This document shows positions 37,853-47,913 of a stretch of 64,000 nucleotides of DNA, piece after piece. Position 1 is the stretch's first letter, and every line of letters begins with the position of its first letter. The translations under genes and the position numbers were made by a program. The notes beneath the pieces were generated by a model. That model saw nothing but the letters and a program-made list of their open reading frames with translations. It did not search any database and was not told the DNA's origin. Location of the stretch: positions 448,001 to 512,000 of the forward strand of contig CAVSGI010000021.1 in assembly GCA_963727445.1 (NCBI GenBank), in the 5' to 3' direction. This DNA comes from an uncultured delta proteobacterium. Lineage in GTDB: Bacteria > Myxococcota_A > Polyangia > Polyangiales > B10-G4.

Positions 37853-38676
37853 CCTCGAAGGGACGGCGCGCCGCACCGATCGGCGTCTTCGATTCCGGGC
37901 TGGGCGGCCTCACCGTCGCCAGCGCCATCGCCGACGCACTCCCCGACGAACGCCTGGTGTACCTGGGCGACACGGCGCGCGTCCCTTATGGCACTCGCTC
38001 CGCCCACACGGTGATCCGCTATGCGCGGAGCTGCGCCGCCCACCTGGTCAAGCACGACATCAAGCTCCTGGTGGTGGCGTGCAATACGGTGAGCGCGGTA
38101 GCGCTCGACATGCTGCGGGTGGAGCTCGACATCCCGGTGCTCGGCGTGATCGGACCCGGCGCGCGCGCGGGCGTCGCCGCTGCCGGGACGGCGCGCCTCG
38201 GCGTGATCGCGACCGCGGGGACCGTGGCTTCCGGCGCCTACGTTCGCGCCGTCGCCGCCGAGAGCAGCCGCGTCGAGGTGATCGCGCGCCCGGCGCCGCT
38301 CCTGGTTCCGCTCGTGGAAGAGGGCTGGACCGAGGGCGAGGTGCCGCGCCTCGCCGTACGCCGCTATCTCGAACCGATGGTGGAGGATCGGATCCGGGCG
38401 CTGGTGCTCGGGTGCACCCACTACCCGCTCTTGCGCGACGTGATCGAGCGCGAGCTCGCCGACCTCGCGGGGGAAGCGCTCCCGGTGGTGGACTCCGCGC
38501 GCGCCACCGCCGAGGAGCTCGCGACGCTCTTGCACGAACGCGATCTGGGCGCGGAGGCAGGGGGTGGCGGGCTCTCGTTGATGGTCACCGACCTGCCGAG
38601 CCGCTTCGGCGAGGTCGCCTCGCGCTTCCTCGGTCACGACGTCAGCGGCCTCGAGGTCGAGGCCGTGGACCTCTGA
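37843..38676 (+). CDS. murI: Glutamate racemase
   Basis: IGVFDSGLGGLTV, VPYG, VACNT, LGCTHYP. Confidence 0.96.
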   Translation: MRLTSKGRRAAPIGVFDSGLGGLTVASAIADALPDERLVYLGDTARVPYGTRSAHTVIRYARSCAAHLVKHDIKLLVVACNTVSAVALDMLRVELDIPVLGVIGPGARAGVAAAGTARLGVIATAGTVASGAYVRAVAAESSRVEVIARPAPLLVPLVEEGWTEGEVPRLAVRRYLEPMVEDRIRALVLGCTHYPLLRDVIERELADLAGEALPVVDSARATAEELATLLHERDLGAEAGGGGLSLMVTDLPSRFGEVASRFLGHDVSGLEVEAVDL

Positions 38677-38690
38677 GGTACACTGGCGCG

Positions 38691-38853
38691 ATGCGACCTC
38701 TCGCCGCCGCTCTCCTCGTGCTCGCGCTCGGCGCCGGCTGTGATGACGATGACGATGGGGAGGTGGGGGACTGTCAGTGACGCGGCCGCCAGCGACGCGA
38801 CTGCAGGCGACGCGGGCGCAGGGGACGCCGCCGCAGGCGACGCGGCTCCCTGA
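38691..38853 (+). CDS. Small acidic lipoprotein; frameshift in G runs at 38757-38769
   Basis: MRPLAAALLVLALGAGCDDDDD; alternate frame continues SDAAASDATAGDAGAGDAAAGDAAP; TACACT 6 nt upstream. Confidence 0.55.
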
Positions 38854-38854
38854 A

Positions 38855-39394
38855 TCACTCGACGTGCGGCGCGATCGCGGCGCGGATCCGGTCGCGAACG
38901 TGCGCCGCGCGCTCGTCGGGGAGGCGCGTGCGAAGCGCGGTGAGCGCTTCCGGCGTGCGGATGCGCGACAGGGCGATCACCGCGCCTTCACGCACCACCG
39001 GCTCGTCGTGCCGCAGGTAGGGCCGGACGTCGTCCACGGCGCGGGGGCCGAAGGCCCGACCGAGGCTCATCACGGCTTCGCGCACGAAGAGGTCGGACTG
39101 TCGCGGCGCGCGTGCAACGGCGAGCAGGAAGGTGCGCGCGGCGGGGCTCGGGTAGTACGCGGCTGCGCTCACCGCGCGCATGCGCACGAAGGGAGGTTGC
39201 TCCGCGTCCTGATAGAGCTCGACCAGGACGGAGAGCGTCTCTGGCCCCCAGGTGCGAAAAGCCGACGCAGGCGGGACGTCTTCGTAACCCGAGAGCAAGC
39301 GCGACAGCTCGACCTTGGAGGGCGGAGTGGCGTACGCGCTGCTCGCCACCAGCAGCGTCGCGAGACCGGTCAGAAGGACGAGGCTCCTTCGCAT
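38855..39394 (-). CDS. Secreted HEAT-repeat protein
   Basis: Signal peptide; VRMRAVSA, VREAVMSLG, VVREGAVIAL repeats. Confidence 0.8.
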   Translation of the reverse strand: MRRSLVLLTGLATLLVASSAYATPPSKVELSRLLSGYEDVPPASAFRTWGPETLSVLVELYQDAEQPPFVRMRAVSAAAYYPSPAARTFLLAVARAPRQSDLFVREAVMSLGRAFGPRAVDDVRPYLRHDEPVVREGAVIALSRIRTPEALTALRTRLPDERAAHVRDRIRAAIAPHVE

Positions 39395-39444
39395 GGGCGA
39401 TAGCATAGCAGCTCCTCTGCTGATCCGTGCTATCCCCAGCGTGA

Positions 39445-40470
39445 ATGATCTTGCGGACCGAGATGGTCGAGCAGTCGGTGGACGGCGACGAGCTCGTGAC
39501 CCTCGAAAAGCAGGTCGTGATGACGCCCGGACGCGAGCCTCTGGGGATGGTGCGCAAACGGCTCCCCCCGACGCAGCCCACGCGCGGCACCGTGCTCCTG
39601 ATCCACGGCTTCGGCCAGAACCGTTACACCTGGCACGTCGCGGGCCGGTCGTTCTCGGCGTTCCTGGCGCGTGAAGGCTGGGACGTCTTCAACTGCGATC
39701 TCCGCGGCCATGGTCGCTCGCGTCGCTTCGGCAGTCAGCGGCCCCGCGTCCTCGACGAGTACATCTCCGAAGACCTTCCCGCCTTCGCCGAAGAGGCGTT
39801 GCGCCTCTCGGGCCGCGAATCGCTGTTCCTCATCGGACACTCGATGGGCGGGATCATCTCCTACGGCGCGGCGGCGACCTCGATCCGTCGCAAGACGCGC
39901 GGCATCGTCTCCATCGGCTCGCCCTATCTCTTCGGCATGGGATCGCGCACGCTGACCGCGGTGTCGGCGGTGCTCAACACGCTCCGCTCCACCGGCGTCT
40001 TCGACTCGAACCCGAAGATCCCGCTCCGGCTCCTCGGTCGTCATCTTCACAAACGGCGCACCCTCTGGGACAGCAAGCTCTGGCCGACGCCGATCCGCCC
40101 CTGGCATCCGGGCAGCGTCGAAGAGCCGGTGCTCGAGGACTACCTCTCGCGCGCCTTCGACTGGTCGAGCCTGGAGATCGCCTTCGACATCTTCCGCGCG
40201 GGTCGCGAAGGCGTGCTCGCGGGACGACACGGACGCACCGACTACCGCACCGCTTTCGAGCACCTCAACCGTCCGCTCCTCGTGATCGCAGGCACCAACG
40301 ATCACCTCGCGCCGGCCGCGTCGGTGAAGCCCGCTTTCGAGGGCAGTCGCTCGAAAGACAAGACTTACCGGGCCTTCCCAATGGGGCATGTCGACATTAT
40401 CGTGGGCCGCGAGGCGCCGAAGACCGTCTGGCCGACGGTCCAGAGCTGGCTGTCTCGACGAAGCGAATGA
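39445..40470 (+). CDS. Alpha/beta hydrolase
   Basis: LLIHGF, DLRGHG, GHSMGG, GTNDHLA, GHVD. Confidence 0.9.
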   Translation: MILRTEMVEQSVDGDELVTLEKQVVMTPGREPLGMVRKRLPPTQPTRGTVLLIHGFGQNRYTWHVAGRSFSAFLAREGWDVFNCDLRGHGRSRRFGSQRPRVLDEYISEDLPAFAEEALRLSGRESLFLIGHSMGGIISYGAAATSIRRKTRGIVSIGSPYLFGMGSRTLTAVSAVLNTLRSTGVFDSNPKIPLRLLGRHLHKRRTLWDSKLWPTPIRPWHPGSVEEPVLEDYLSRAFDWSSLEIAFDIFRAGREGVLAGRHGRTDYRTAFEHLNRPLLVIAGTNDHLAPAASVKPAFEGSRSKDKTYRAFPMGHVDIIVGREAPKTVWPTVQSWLSRRSE

Positions 40471-41087
40471 GCCAGAGCTCCCCCCTCCCCAGCGAAGACG
40501 CGATCGGTGCCGCCGTCGAGGGCGTCCTCGACGAAGCGCACGGCGAGCCGCCCCGTGCGGCCCCGCCCCGGATGCGCGTCGACGCGGAAGCGCTCGCAGC
40601 GGAAGAGCAAGACAGCGAGACGCCCGGCTGGGCCGAGAAGCTCGTGCGTGTCCTCGACGACGGGCTCACGGTGCCGGGCACGAGCTTCGGCGTCGGGATC
40701 GACGGGCTCATCGGCTTCCTGCTCCCGGGCGTCGGCGACTTCGTCACCGGCAGCGGCTCCCTCGCCCTGATCTACCTCGCCTGGCAGGAGAAGGTCCCCA
40801 CGGTCGCCCTGGCCCGGATGGTCCTGAACATCGCCATCGACACCCTGGGCGGGTCGCTGCCCATCATCGGGGACATCTTCGACGTCTTCTGGAAGTCGAA
40901 CCGGAAGAACCTCGAGATCATCGAGAAGTACCGCGACGACCCCGACGCCAAGCCGACCGCTCTGGACTACGTGCTCGTCCTGCTCAGCGTGGTCCTGGTC
41001 CTCACCAGCGTGCTGCTGCCGGTTTTCGTGCTTTGGCTCCTCGCGGCCTCGGGGGTCGTGGCGGTCGACCACCTCCTCGGCCAGTAG
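40467..41087 (+). CDS. DUF4112 domain membrane protein
   Basis: LDDGLTVPGT..GIDGLIG..GDF..RMVLNIAID..IGDIFD..KSNRKN. Confidence 0.88.
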   Translation: MSQSSPLPSEDAIGAAVEGVLDEAHGEPPRAAPPRMRVDAEALAAEEQDSETPGWAEKLVRVLDDGLTVPGTSFGVGIDGLIGFLLPGVGDFVTGSGSLALIYLAWQEKVPTVALARMVLNIAIDTLGGSLPIIGDIFDVFWKSNRKNLEIIEKYRDDPDAKPTALDYVLVLLSVVLVLTSVLLPVFVLWLLAASGVVAVDHLLGQ

Positions 41088-41197
41088 CGGCGCCGAGCGT
41101 CTGAATCCCCTCTTCAGACTTTCGTCAGATTCGAAGCTCATCTTGTGGAGCGTCCACGTCGCCCTCGAAGGCGGCGCCCTGAAAGGAATCCCCACCG

Positions 41198-41959
41198 ATG
41201 AAACGAATCATCCTTCCCTCCCTCTTGTTCGGCCTCGCCACCGCCGCGGGTTGCGCCAGCGGTGGCGACGTTCCCGCGACCGCCGCGGGCGACGAAGCCA
41301 GCCTCACCGCAACGGCGAGCGGGGAGAACCCACGCGTGGAGCGTCGGCTCGCTCACATGCAACAGTCCCTCGAGCTCACGGACGAGCAGGTCGCGCTGCT
41401 CAGGCCCGTGCTCGAAAATCGACACACGCGACAGGAAGAGCTCCGGCAGAGCTTCCATCAAGAGCTCGAGGGCATCCTGACCCCCGAGCAGCTCGCACGT
41501 CTCGACGAGCGTCGCGAGCGTCACGGCCGCTTCGGTCGCTCGGGGCGAGGCGGTCCTGGCGGGCCCGACGGTCGCGGTGGTCCCGGCCGCTTCGGCCATC
41601 ACGGCCCACCGGACCCCGAGCAGATGCTCACCCGAATGGCCGAGGACCTCGACCTCACCGACAATCAGGTGACCGCGCTCAGACCGATCTTCGAGGCAGC
41701 GCACGCGCGCCACGAGGAGCTCCAAGAGCTCCCGCGAGAGGAGCGCCGTGACGCGTTCCGAGCCATTCGCGAGGAGACGAAGGCCGCCGTCGACGAGATC
41801 CTCACCGAGGAGCAGCGGGCGAAGCTCGAAGAGCGCTTCGCGCGTCGCGGGCCCCGCGGCATGCATCGCGGGATGCGCGGTCGCCATCACTTCCGCGGCG
41901 ACTTCGGTGGCCCCGAGGGTGAGGCACCTCCGTCTCCGGCCCCCGACGCGGCCGAATAG
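41198..41959 (+). CDS. Spy/CpxP-like LTXXQ-repeat lipoprotein
   Basis: Lipobox AAGC; LTDEQ, LTPEQ, LTDNQ, LTEEQ. Confidence 0.8.
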   Translation: MKRIILPSLLFGLATAAGCASGGDVPATAAGDEASLTATASGENPRVERRLAHMQQSLELTDEQVALLRPVLENRHTRQEELRQSFHQELEGILTPEQLARLDERRERHGRFGRSGRGGPGGPDGRGGPGRFGHHGPPDPEQMLTRMAEDLDLTDNQVTALRPIFEAAHARHEELQELPREERRDAFRAIREETKAAVDEILTEEQRAKLEERFARRGPRGMHRGMRGRHHFRGDFGGPEGEAPPSPAPDAAE

Positions 41960-41968
41960 CCGACGCTT

Positions 41969-43564
41969 TCATTCGCCGCGGATCGCCCTCGCCTCGACGA
42001 AGAGTCGGGTGATACCGAGGACGGCCCGCGGCGCTGCCGACGCGGCGAGGACGTACCCCTCACAGCTGCCGGTGATGTCCTGCTGAAGCTCGCTCAGGAA
42101 GGTCTGGTCACCGGCAGCGACGCCAATCCATTCGCTCAGCGCCGAGCGTCTGCCGGTGATCAAGAGGTCGCCCCGGCTGCCGTCGGTGAGGCGAAAAACG
42201 CAAGCGTCGGCGCGGGCGAGGTTGTCCATGTAGGTGTGACGAAACCGGCTGGCCGAGCCCGGACCCATGATGCGGCGGGTGTCGTCGACGTCCCACTCGC
42301 GAAAGTCGCCCTGCCACGCCTCCACCATCAACCCCACGTCCCATGCCCCGTGCGAGGCGTCCTCGATGTAGGGATAGGTCCGCGTGTGATCGGCCCAGGC
42401 GTGCCAGACGTAGGGACGGCTGTCGGCCCATGCGCCAGAGGAAGCCATCATGTCGGCCTTCATCCAGCGCGTGAAACGCATCGCGCGAATCCGCCGGAAG
42501 GTGGTCCCCATCCCGCGGTGATCGTTGGCGACGTCGTTCCAGACCGCGACCGCGCGCCAGGTCCAGCTCTGCTTGTTCCACTTCACCAGGCGCTGGCCAT
42601 CCGAGCGGATGCAGCTCGCGCGGTCCTCGGTGTCGCAGAACCAATGCGTACGGCCCGATGGCTCGTTCGCGGTGAAGAAGTGGTTCGGCTGCGCTTCGTC
42701 CATCCAGTGATCGATCACCTCGCCCACCAGGTCGTGATAGGCGGCTGCTTTCGCGAGGAACGTCGCGCGGCCGCTCGCCGGTGGGTCTTCGTAGATGGCG
42801 CGGCTCAGGGTTGCGAGGCCGTAGAGCACCTGCCCCGTGGTGTACTGACCGACGGCCGGTGTCTCCGCGGAGTCCACCCAACCACGGCAGGCGTGGCTTC
42901 GGCCGGCGGTGGAGCGCGCGGCGCGCACCGCCGCGGATCTCGAGACCTCGAGAGCGACGAAGGCGTCGGCCTGCGCGACCGCCTGATCGAGGATGCGCCG
43001 CCGCGCGCCGGCGGCCATCGGTACTCCCGGGGTGTGCCGATAGAGCTCGGCGCGAGCGATGAGCGCCGGCACCGCGTGGACCACACCGTCGAGCTCCGCG
43101 CTGGTCGGCGCGTAGTAGCGGCGCTCGCCGCCGGCGTTGCGGTCCAGTTGGGCGATCGCCTCGTCCAAGAGTCCCCGGTAGTTCGCGCAGCCGGCGAAGC
43201 CCCCATGGTCCGTGGCCAGGCCCTCGTCGGTGGCCCCATCACAGTCGTCGTCACGGCCGTTGCAGCTCTCGGCGACCGGCGTGCAGGTGGGCGGCGGCTC
43301 CTCGGGCGGCGGCTCCTCGGGCGGCGGCTCCTCGGGCGGCGGCTCCTCGGGTGGAGGCTCCTCGGGTGGAGGATCGCCCGACGGCGGCAGCCGCATTTCG
43401 GGCGGGTCGTCGCCGCCCGGGTCGGGCGGCGGCATGGTCGCGGCGGCGTCCCCTTCGAGCGCCTCCGCGTCGTCGCTCATCCCCGCATCGCCCACTTCCA
43501 TCCCCGTGACGCACCCATCGGTGAAGACGAGGAGGAGCACCAGCGCGGACCCGAAGCGCAGCAT
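41969..43564 (-). CDS. Lipoprotein with EEPPP linker, MopE-related CNGxDDDCDG motif and uncharacterised helical domain
   Basis: TDGC lipobox; ESCNGRDDDCDGATDEG; Trp/Tyr-rich C-terminal domain. Confidence 0.75.
   Translation of the reverse strand: MLRFGSALVLLLVFTDGCVTGMEVGDAGMSDDAEALEGDAAATMPPPDPGGDDPPEMRLPPSGDPPPEEPPPEEPPPEEPPPEEPPPEEPPPTCTPVAESCNGRDDDCDGATDEGLATDHGGFAGCANYRGLLDEAIAQLDRNAGGERRYYAPTSAELDGVVHAVPALIARAELYRHTPGVPMAAGARRRILDQAVAQADAFVALEVSRSAAVRAARSTAGRSHACRGWVDSAETPAVGQYTTGQVLYGLATLSRAIYEDPPASGRATFLAKAAAYHDLVGEVIDHWMDEAQPNHFFTANEPSGRTHWFCDTEDRASCIRSDGQRLVKWNKQSWTWRAVAVWNDVANDHRGMGTTFRRIRAMRFTRWMKADMMASSGAWADSRPYVWHAWADHTRTYPYIEDASHGAWDVGLMVEAWQGDFREWDVDDTRRIMGPGSASRFRHTYMDNLARADACVFRLTDGSRGDLLITGRRSALSEWIGVAAGDQTFLSELQQDITGSCEGYVLAASAAPRAVLGITRLFVEARAIRGE
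43289..43372 (-). repeat. 15-bp coding tandem repeat (EEPPP x5)
   Basis: gggcggcggctcctc x4 plus variants. Confidence 0.9.
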
Positions 43565-43576
43565 GCCCTGGTTTCG

Positions 43577-43592
43577 AGCAGCTTCCGTGCCG
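43577..43592 (-). promoter_or_regulatory. sigma54 -24/-12 promoter CGGCACGGAAGCTGCT
   Basis: GG-N10-GC, 12 nt upstream of ATG 43564. Confidence 0.6.
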
Positions 43593-43655
43593 GCGTCGGA
43601 GGCGCGAAAAAGAGCGCCGTTGCGGACTCGGGGCAGCGCTCGCCCCGACGTCGGG

Positions 43656-44360
43656 TCACATGTTCCGAAGCTCTTCCATGCGGCGCTCGATGCGGCGCCG
43701 CTCGGGAGAGCGGGGTCTCAGGCGCAGGAACTTCCGGTAGTGAAGGCGCGCGTCCCCCCAGAGCTCGAGACGCTCCGCGGTTCGGGCCAGGTTGTAGCTG
43801 AGGTCCGCGTCGGCGCACTCGCCGTATTCGCTCTCTTGCGCCACCGACAGGACGTTGCAGGCGTTCTGGAAGAGCTCGTACGCCGTGCGATACTCGCCGC
43901 GCCCGTAGAAGGCGACGCCCTGCTGGTAGAGGCGGCGTGATTCGGCTGTGAGCTCGGCGGCGTTCGCACCGGTCGTTTGATTCTGGGCCTGCTGCCGCTC
44001 CGCGAGCGCTCGCAGCTCGGCGATGCGATGATTGACGTCCGCGCGCGTCGACTCGTCCGGACGGCCGTGGCGCAGATAGACGCGAAACCAGTGGATGCCC
44101 CGGCGCGCGTCCCCCATGCGCTCGAAGCAGCGCGCGATGTTGAAGGCGATCTCCGGGCTCCGCCACGCGCGCTGAGCGGCGAGCAGCTTGTGCACCGCGA
44201 CGTCGAGCTCGTTGCGCTCGTAGGCGGCGACGCCTTCGGTGAAGAGCTCCCGGGCCTGGGCGATCCGGTGCTGGCGATCCCGCTGCGCACGAGCCGCGGG
44301 CAGGGGCGTGAGCAGGGCGATGGCGAAGGCCATCAAGAGCGTCGAAAGCAGTGCGCGCAT
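43656..44360 (-). CDS. Secreted TPR-repeat protein
   Basis: Signal peptide; two A..F..G..Y / FNIARC / YNLART TPR blocks. Confidence 0.85.
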   Translation of the reverse strand: MRALLSTLLMAFAIALLTPLPAARAQRDRQHRIAQARELFTEGVAAYERNELDVAVHKLLAAQRAWRSPEIAFNIARCFERMGDARRGIHWFRVYLRHGRPDESTRADVNHRIAELRALAERQQAQNQTTGANAAELTAESRRLYQQGVAFYGRGEYRTAYELFQNACNVLSVAQESEYGECADADLSYNLARTAERLELWGDARLHYRKFLRLRPRSPERRRIERRMEELRNM

Positions 44361-44415
44361 CTGCCTTCAGACTCGCACAGGGGCCCTCGGATTCAGAAGG
44401 CGCATTCGAGCGCCC

Positions 44416-44700
44416 TCATTTCTGCTCGTCTTTTCGCTCGATTTCGGCCCGGGCCGCGTCGAGCTCGCGCTCCATCTTGCGCAGGGTGCGCTCGAGCTCG
44501 CGGACCTCCTTCTTGGTGACCAGGTTCAAGCTCTTGGCGACCCGCGCCACGCGCTCCTCGAAGCTCTCCTGGACCTTTCCCCGAAGCGAGATGGCCTGCA
44601 TCAGCGCCTTCATGACCCGGGGGTCCTGCATGAGCTTCATGACTCGGGGGTCCTGCATCAGCTTCATCCCGCGAGAAAGGAGGAGATTTTTCAGTTCCAT
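44416..44700 (-). CDS. Small coiled-coil protein (phasin-like C-terminus) with duplicated MKLMQDPRV
   Basis: 94 aa; LNLVTKKEVRELERTL; 27-bp tandem duplication at 44614-44667. Confidence 0.75.
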   Translation of the reverse strand: MELKNLLLSRGMKLMQDPRVMKLMQDPRVMKALMQAISLRGKVQESFEERVARVAKSLNLVTKKEVRELERTLRKMERELDAARAEIERKDEQK

Positions 44701-44790
44701 CGGCCTTCGGACTACCTTGACACACCGCGGCGAGAGGTCTAAATCAGCGGGCACTGAATCGTCATTCAGCACCTCAGGAGACCTGATCCG

Positions 44791-45114
44791 ATGCCCGACG
44801 CCAAGACCGATTTCGGTACGAACATCCCGAAGAAGATTTCTGACAACCCGGACACCTCGAAGGCGATCGGCGCCATCTTCTGCTTCAAGATCACCGGCGA
44901 CGACGGCGGTGTGTGGACGGTCGACTGCAAGAACGACGTCGGCGTGCGCGAGGGTGACGAGGGCAACGCCGATTGCACTCTCGAGATCGCGTCGTCGGAT
45001 TGGGAGCAGATCAGCGGCAACCCCACCGCGGCGATGCAGCTCTACTTCCAGGGCAAGCTGAAGGTGTCGGGCAACGCCATGCTCGCCACCAAGCTCCAGC
45101 AGATCCTGGCCTGA
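44791..45114 (+). CDS. SCP2 sterol/lipid-binding domain protein
   Basis: FKITGDDGGVWTVD, ADCTL, AMQLYFQGKLKVSGN; AGGAG SD. Confidence 0.9.
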   Translation: MPDAKTDFGTNIPKKISDNPDTSKAIGAIFCFKITGDDGGVWTVDCKNDVGVREGDEGNADCTLEIASSDWEQISGNPTAAMQLYFQGKLKVSGNAMLATKLQQILA

Positions 45115-45121
45115 CGCGGGT

Positions 45122-46300
45122 GTGACGACCCCGTCCTCCGATCCCACGCCAGAACAGCCACTGCGAGGCCTGCGCGTCCTCGATCTCTGTCGGCTCCTGC
45201 CGGGCCCCTTCGCCACCATGGTCCTCGCCGACCTCGGGGCGCAGGTGGACAAGGTCGAGGACCTGCGCGGGGGCGACTACATGCGCGCCATGCCGCCGCA
45301 CGTCGACGGCATGAACGCGACCTTCGTCGCGCTCAACCGCGGCAAACGCAGCCTCGCCCTCGATCTCAAGACTGGGGAAGGACGCGACGCCTTCCTCCGG
45401 CTCGTCGCGCATTACGACGTGGTGATCGAGAGCTTCCGCCCCGGCGTGATGGCGCGGCTGGGCCTCGGATACGAGACGCTCCGCGAGAAGAATCCCCGCC
45501 TCGTCTACTGCGCCATCACCGGCTATGGGCAGGACGGCCCACTCGAGGCGCGCGCGGGCCACGACATCAACTATCTCGCGCGCGCCGGGGTGTTGGGGCT
45601 CACCGGGCCCGAAGGCGGGCCGCCGCAGGTTCATGGCGTCCAGATCGCCGACGTGGGCGGCGGCGCGCTCTACGCGGTGATCGGCGTCCTCTCCGCTCTG
45701 ATGGCGCGAAAGAGCACGGGCGAAGGGCGCTTCGTCGACGTCTCCATGTGTGAGGGCTCCATGGCGATGGCCATCTACGGCCTGACCTCTCACTTCGGTG
45801 GCCTCGCGCTGCCTGCCGGTGCGGGCATTCTGATGGGCGGGATCGCGCCCTACGGCACCTATCGGACGAAGGACGGCGGCGCCGTGTCCCTCGGGGCGCT
45901 CGAGCCGAAGTTCTGGAAGGCCTTCTGCACGGAGGCGGGTCTCGAGCCGGGGATGGACGCCCTGGTTCCGGGACCCCACCAAACGGAGTGGAAGCGGAAG
46001 GTCGCCGAGGCCGTCGCGCAGAAGACGCGGGACGAGTGGGCAGAGATCTCGGCGCGCGCCGACTGCTGCCTCGAGCCCGTGCTGCTCCCCGACGAGCTCT
46101 TGGAGGATCCTCAGCACCAAGCGCGGGAGGTCTTCGTGTCTGCAGGAAAGCTCTCGGTCCCCAAGACGCCCATCGCAGCGGAGCCGGCGCGTGGGCCAGC
46201 GCCCGCCCACGGCGGTCAATCGGATGAGATCCTTGCCGAAACTGGCTTCACCCAGGAGGAGATTGCCAGGCTCCACTCCCAGGGCATCCTCTCCAATTAG
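45122..46300 (+). CDS. CaiB/BaiF CoA-transferase III family protein, alpha-methylacyl-CoA racemase-like
   Basis: LRVLDL, PGPFATMVLADLGA, NRGKRSL, AGHDINY, ADVGGG. Confidence 0.9.
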   Translation: MTTPSSDPTPEQPLRGLRVLDLCRLLPGPFATMVLADLGAQVDKVEDLRGGDYMRAMPPHVDGMNATFVALNRGKRSLALDLKTGEGRDAFLRLVAHYDVVIESFRPGVMARLGLGYETLREKNPRLVYCAITGYGQDGPLEARAGHDINYLARAGVLGLTGPEGGPPQVHGVQIADVGGGALYAVIGVLSALMARKSTGEGRFVDVSMCEGSMAMAIYGLTSHFGGLALPAGAGILMGGIAPYGTYRTKDGGAVSLGALEPKFWKAFCTEAGLEPGMDALVPGPHQTEWKRKVAEAVAQKTRDEWAEISARADCCLEPVLLPDELLEDPQHQAREVFVSAGKLSVPKTPIAAEPARGPAPAHGGQSDEILAETGFTQEEIARLHSQGILSN

Positions 46301-46356
46301 TTCCTGTATACATAGAACATTGCGGTATTTAGGTAGTCCCGCCATAGTGGAGTGGC

Positions 46357-47913
46357 TTGCGGACGGAGACCCACGTGATCGGTGAGACCGTAGCCAACGC
46401 CGTCATCCAGGAGCAGCTGGGGGAGGGGAGCCGAGGTGTCTGGTGGCGGGCCGAAAAGGACGGCGAGGCCGTCGCGGTCCACGTTCTGAGCGACTCCGCA
46501 TCGCCCGCCGAGCGCGACGCGTTCATCAAGGATGCGAAGCGGCTCCGGCATCTGGGGGTGTCGGAGCCCGAGGGGATCCTGGTGCCCCTCGACGTGGACA
46601 GCGAGCGGGGGGCCTTCGCCACCAAGCTCTGCACCGAGGGGACGGTGGAGAACGTCCCGTCGCTCCGACTCCCGCTCAACCGCCGCATTCTGCTGATCGC
46701 CACCATCGCCGAAGCGCTCGAGAAGCTGCACGACCGCGGCATCGCGCATGGTGCCATCGCGCCCGCCACGATCCTCCTCGACGACCGCTACCGCCCGTGG
46801 TTCGCCGGCGTCGAGGGCGACAACCTCCTGTTGGGTACGCGCGGCGATGACATCGAGGCCGTCCACGCCGAGCGATATGCAGCGCCGGAGGCGCGCACCG
46901 CTGGCGGCAAGATCGATCGCCGCTCCGACATCTACAGCCTGGGCCGCATCCTCCATTACTTCCTCACCAGCCGGCATCCGAAGGAGCCGGACGAAGAGCT
47001 GCCACGCCTCGAAGCCTTGTCGATGAGCCCCGCAGGGCTGTCGCGCATCGTGCGCAAGTGCACCTGCGCCAAACCGGGGGATCGCTACCAGGAGATCAAC
47101 GACTTCCTCGCGGACCTCACGAAGTTCGGCCTTCACGAGGAGGTCGGTCTCGCGCACCCCGAGGTCGAGGAGCGCAACGTCACAGGCATCAGCGCGAGTG
47201 TTCTTCCAAAGCGTTTCGATCTCAAAGAGCGCCGGCTCGCACGCCAGCGCGCCGAGAAAGAGGCTGCGCTCCTGTCGATCGCGCCGACCGACGTCCCCGA
47301 CACTCCACGAAAGGCGTTGGTGGGCGTGGGCGTGGCGGGCTCGTTGGCGCTCCTCGTGGTGGCGTTCGTGGTGCCCAGCGCAGCCACGACGGGTCTCCTC
47401 GTGGGCACGATGATCTTCGCGGGGCTGATCAGCCTGGCTTTGCCGGCTGGCAAGCGACGCACACTCTTGAACCGCGTCGTCTTCGCAGGAGCCGCGGCGT
47501 GCTTGGTCTGGGTGATCGATCCCGCCGAGCTCGTCGCCCACGTCGGCGCGCGCGGTCAGCTATCCGACGCCTCCTCGGGCGCCCGATCGATGGCGGCCCG
47601 CCTCCTCGTCCAGCACGGGGATCGCCAGCTCGCTGGCGTCGATCTCTCCCACGCCAATCTCTCTGGTCTCGACCTCTCGAGCGCCGATCTCTCGGGCGCG
47701 AACCTCGACGGCGCCGACCTCTCGAACAGCGACCTCAACAGCGCCAACCTCAGCTCGGCCAACCTGCAAGCAGCGAAATTCGACGACGCCAACCTGACCC
47801 AGGTCGACTTGAGCGGCGCCGAGGGCCTCACCACCGCCTACTGCAACCCGGGCACCTATCTGCCGCCGGAGCTCGATTGCGCAGGCAACCAGCTCGTCCT
47901 CGTGGAGCAATGA
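46357..47913 (+). CDS. Pseudokinase-TM-pentapeptide repeat protein
   Basis: HGAIAPATI catalytic loop, YAAPE, SDIYSLG; three TM; A(D/N)LS pentapeptide repeats. Confidence 0.8.
   Translation: MRTETHVIGETVANAVIQEQLGEGSRGVWWRAEKDGEAVAVHVLSDSASPAERDAFIKDAKRLRHLGVSEPEGILVPLDVDSERGAFATKLCTEGTVENVPSLRLPLNRRILLIATIAEALEKLHDRGIAHGAIAPATILLDDRYRPWFAGVEGDNLLLGTRGDDIEAVHAERYAAPEARTAGGKIDRRSDIYSLGRILHYFLTSRHPKEPDEELPRLEALSMSPAGLSRIVRKCTCAKPGDRYQEINDFLADLTKFGLHEEVGLAHPEVEERNVTGISASVLPKRFDLKERRLARQRAEKEAALLSIAPTDVPDTPRKALVGVGVAGSLALLVVAFVVPSAATTGLLVGTMIFAGLISLALPAGKRRTLLNRVVFAGAAACLVWVIDPAELVAHVGARGQLSDASSGARSMAARLLVQHGDRQLAGVDLSHANLSGLDLSSADLSGANLDGADLSNSDLNSANLSSANLQAAKFDDANLTQVDLSGAEGLTTAYCNPGTYLPPELDCAGNQLVLVEQ

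Noticed and set aside
41100..41135. TCAGA direct repeat (11-bp period) upstream of the Spy/CpxP-like gene
   Set aside because: Too short to distinguish from chance, though an OmpR-type site is plausible.
46297..46345. AT-rich patch GTTC..TGTATACA..GAAC as a LexA box
   Set aside because: Does not match a LexA consensus I can confirm; noted only as a probable promoter region.
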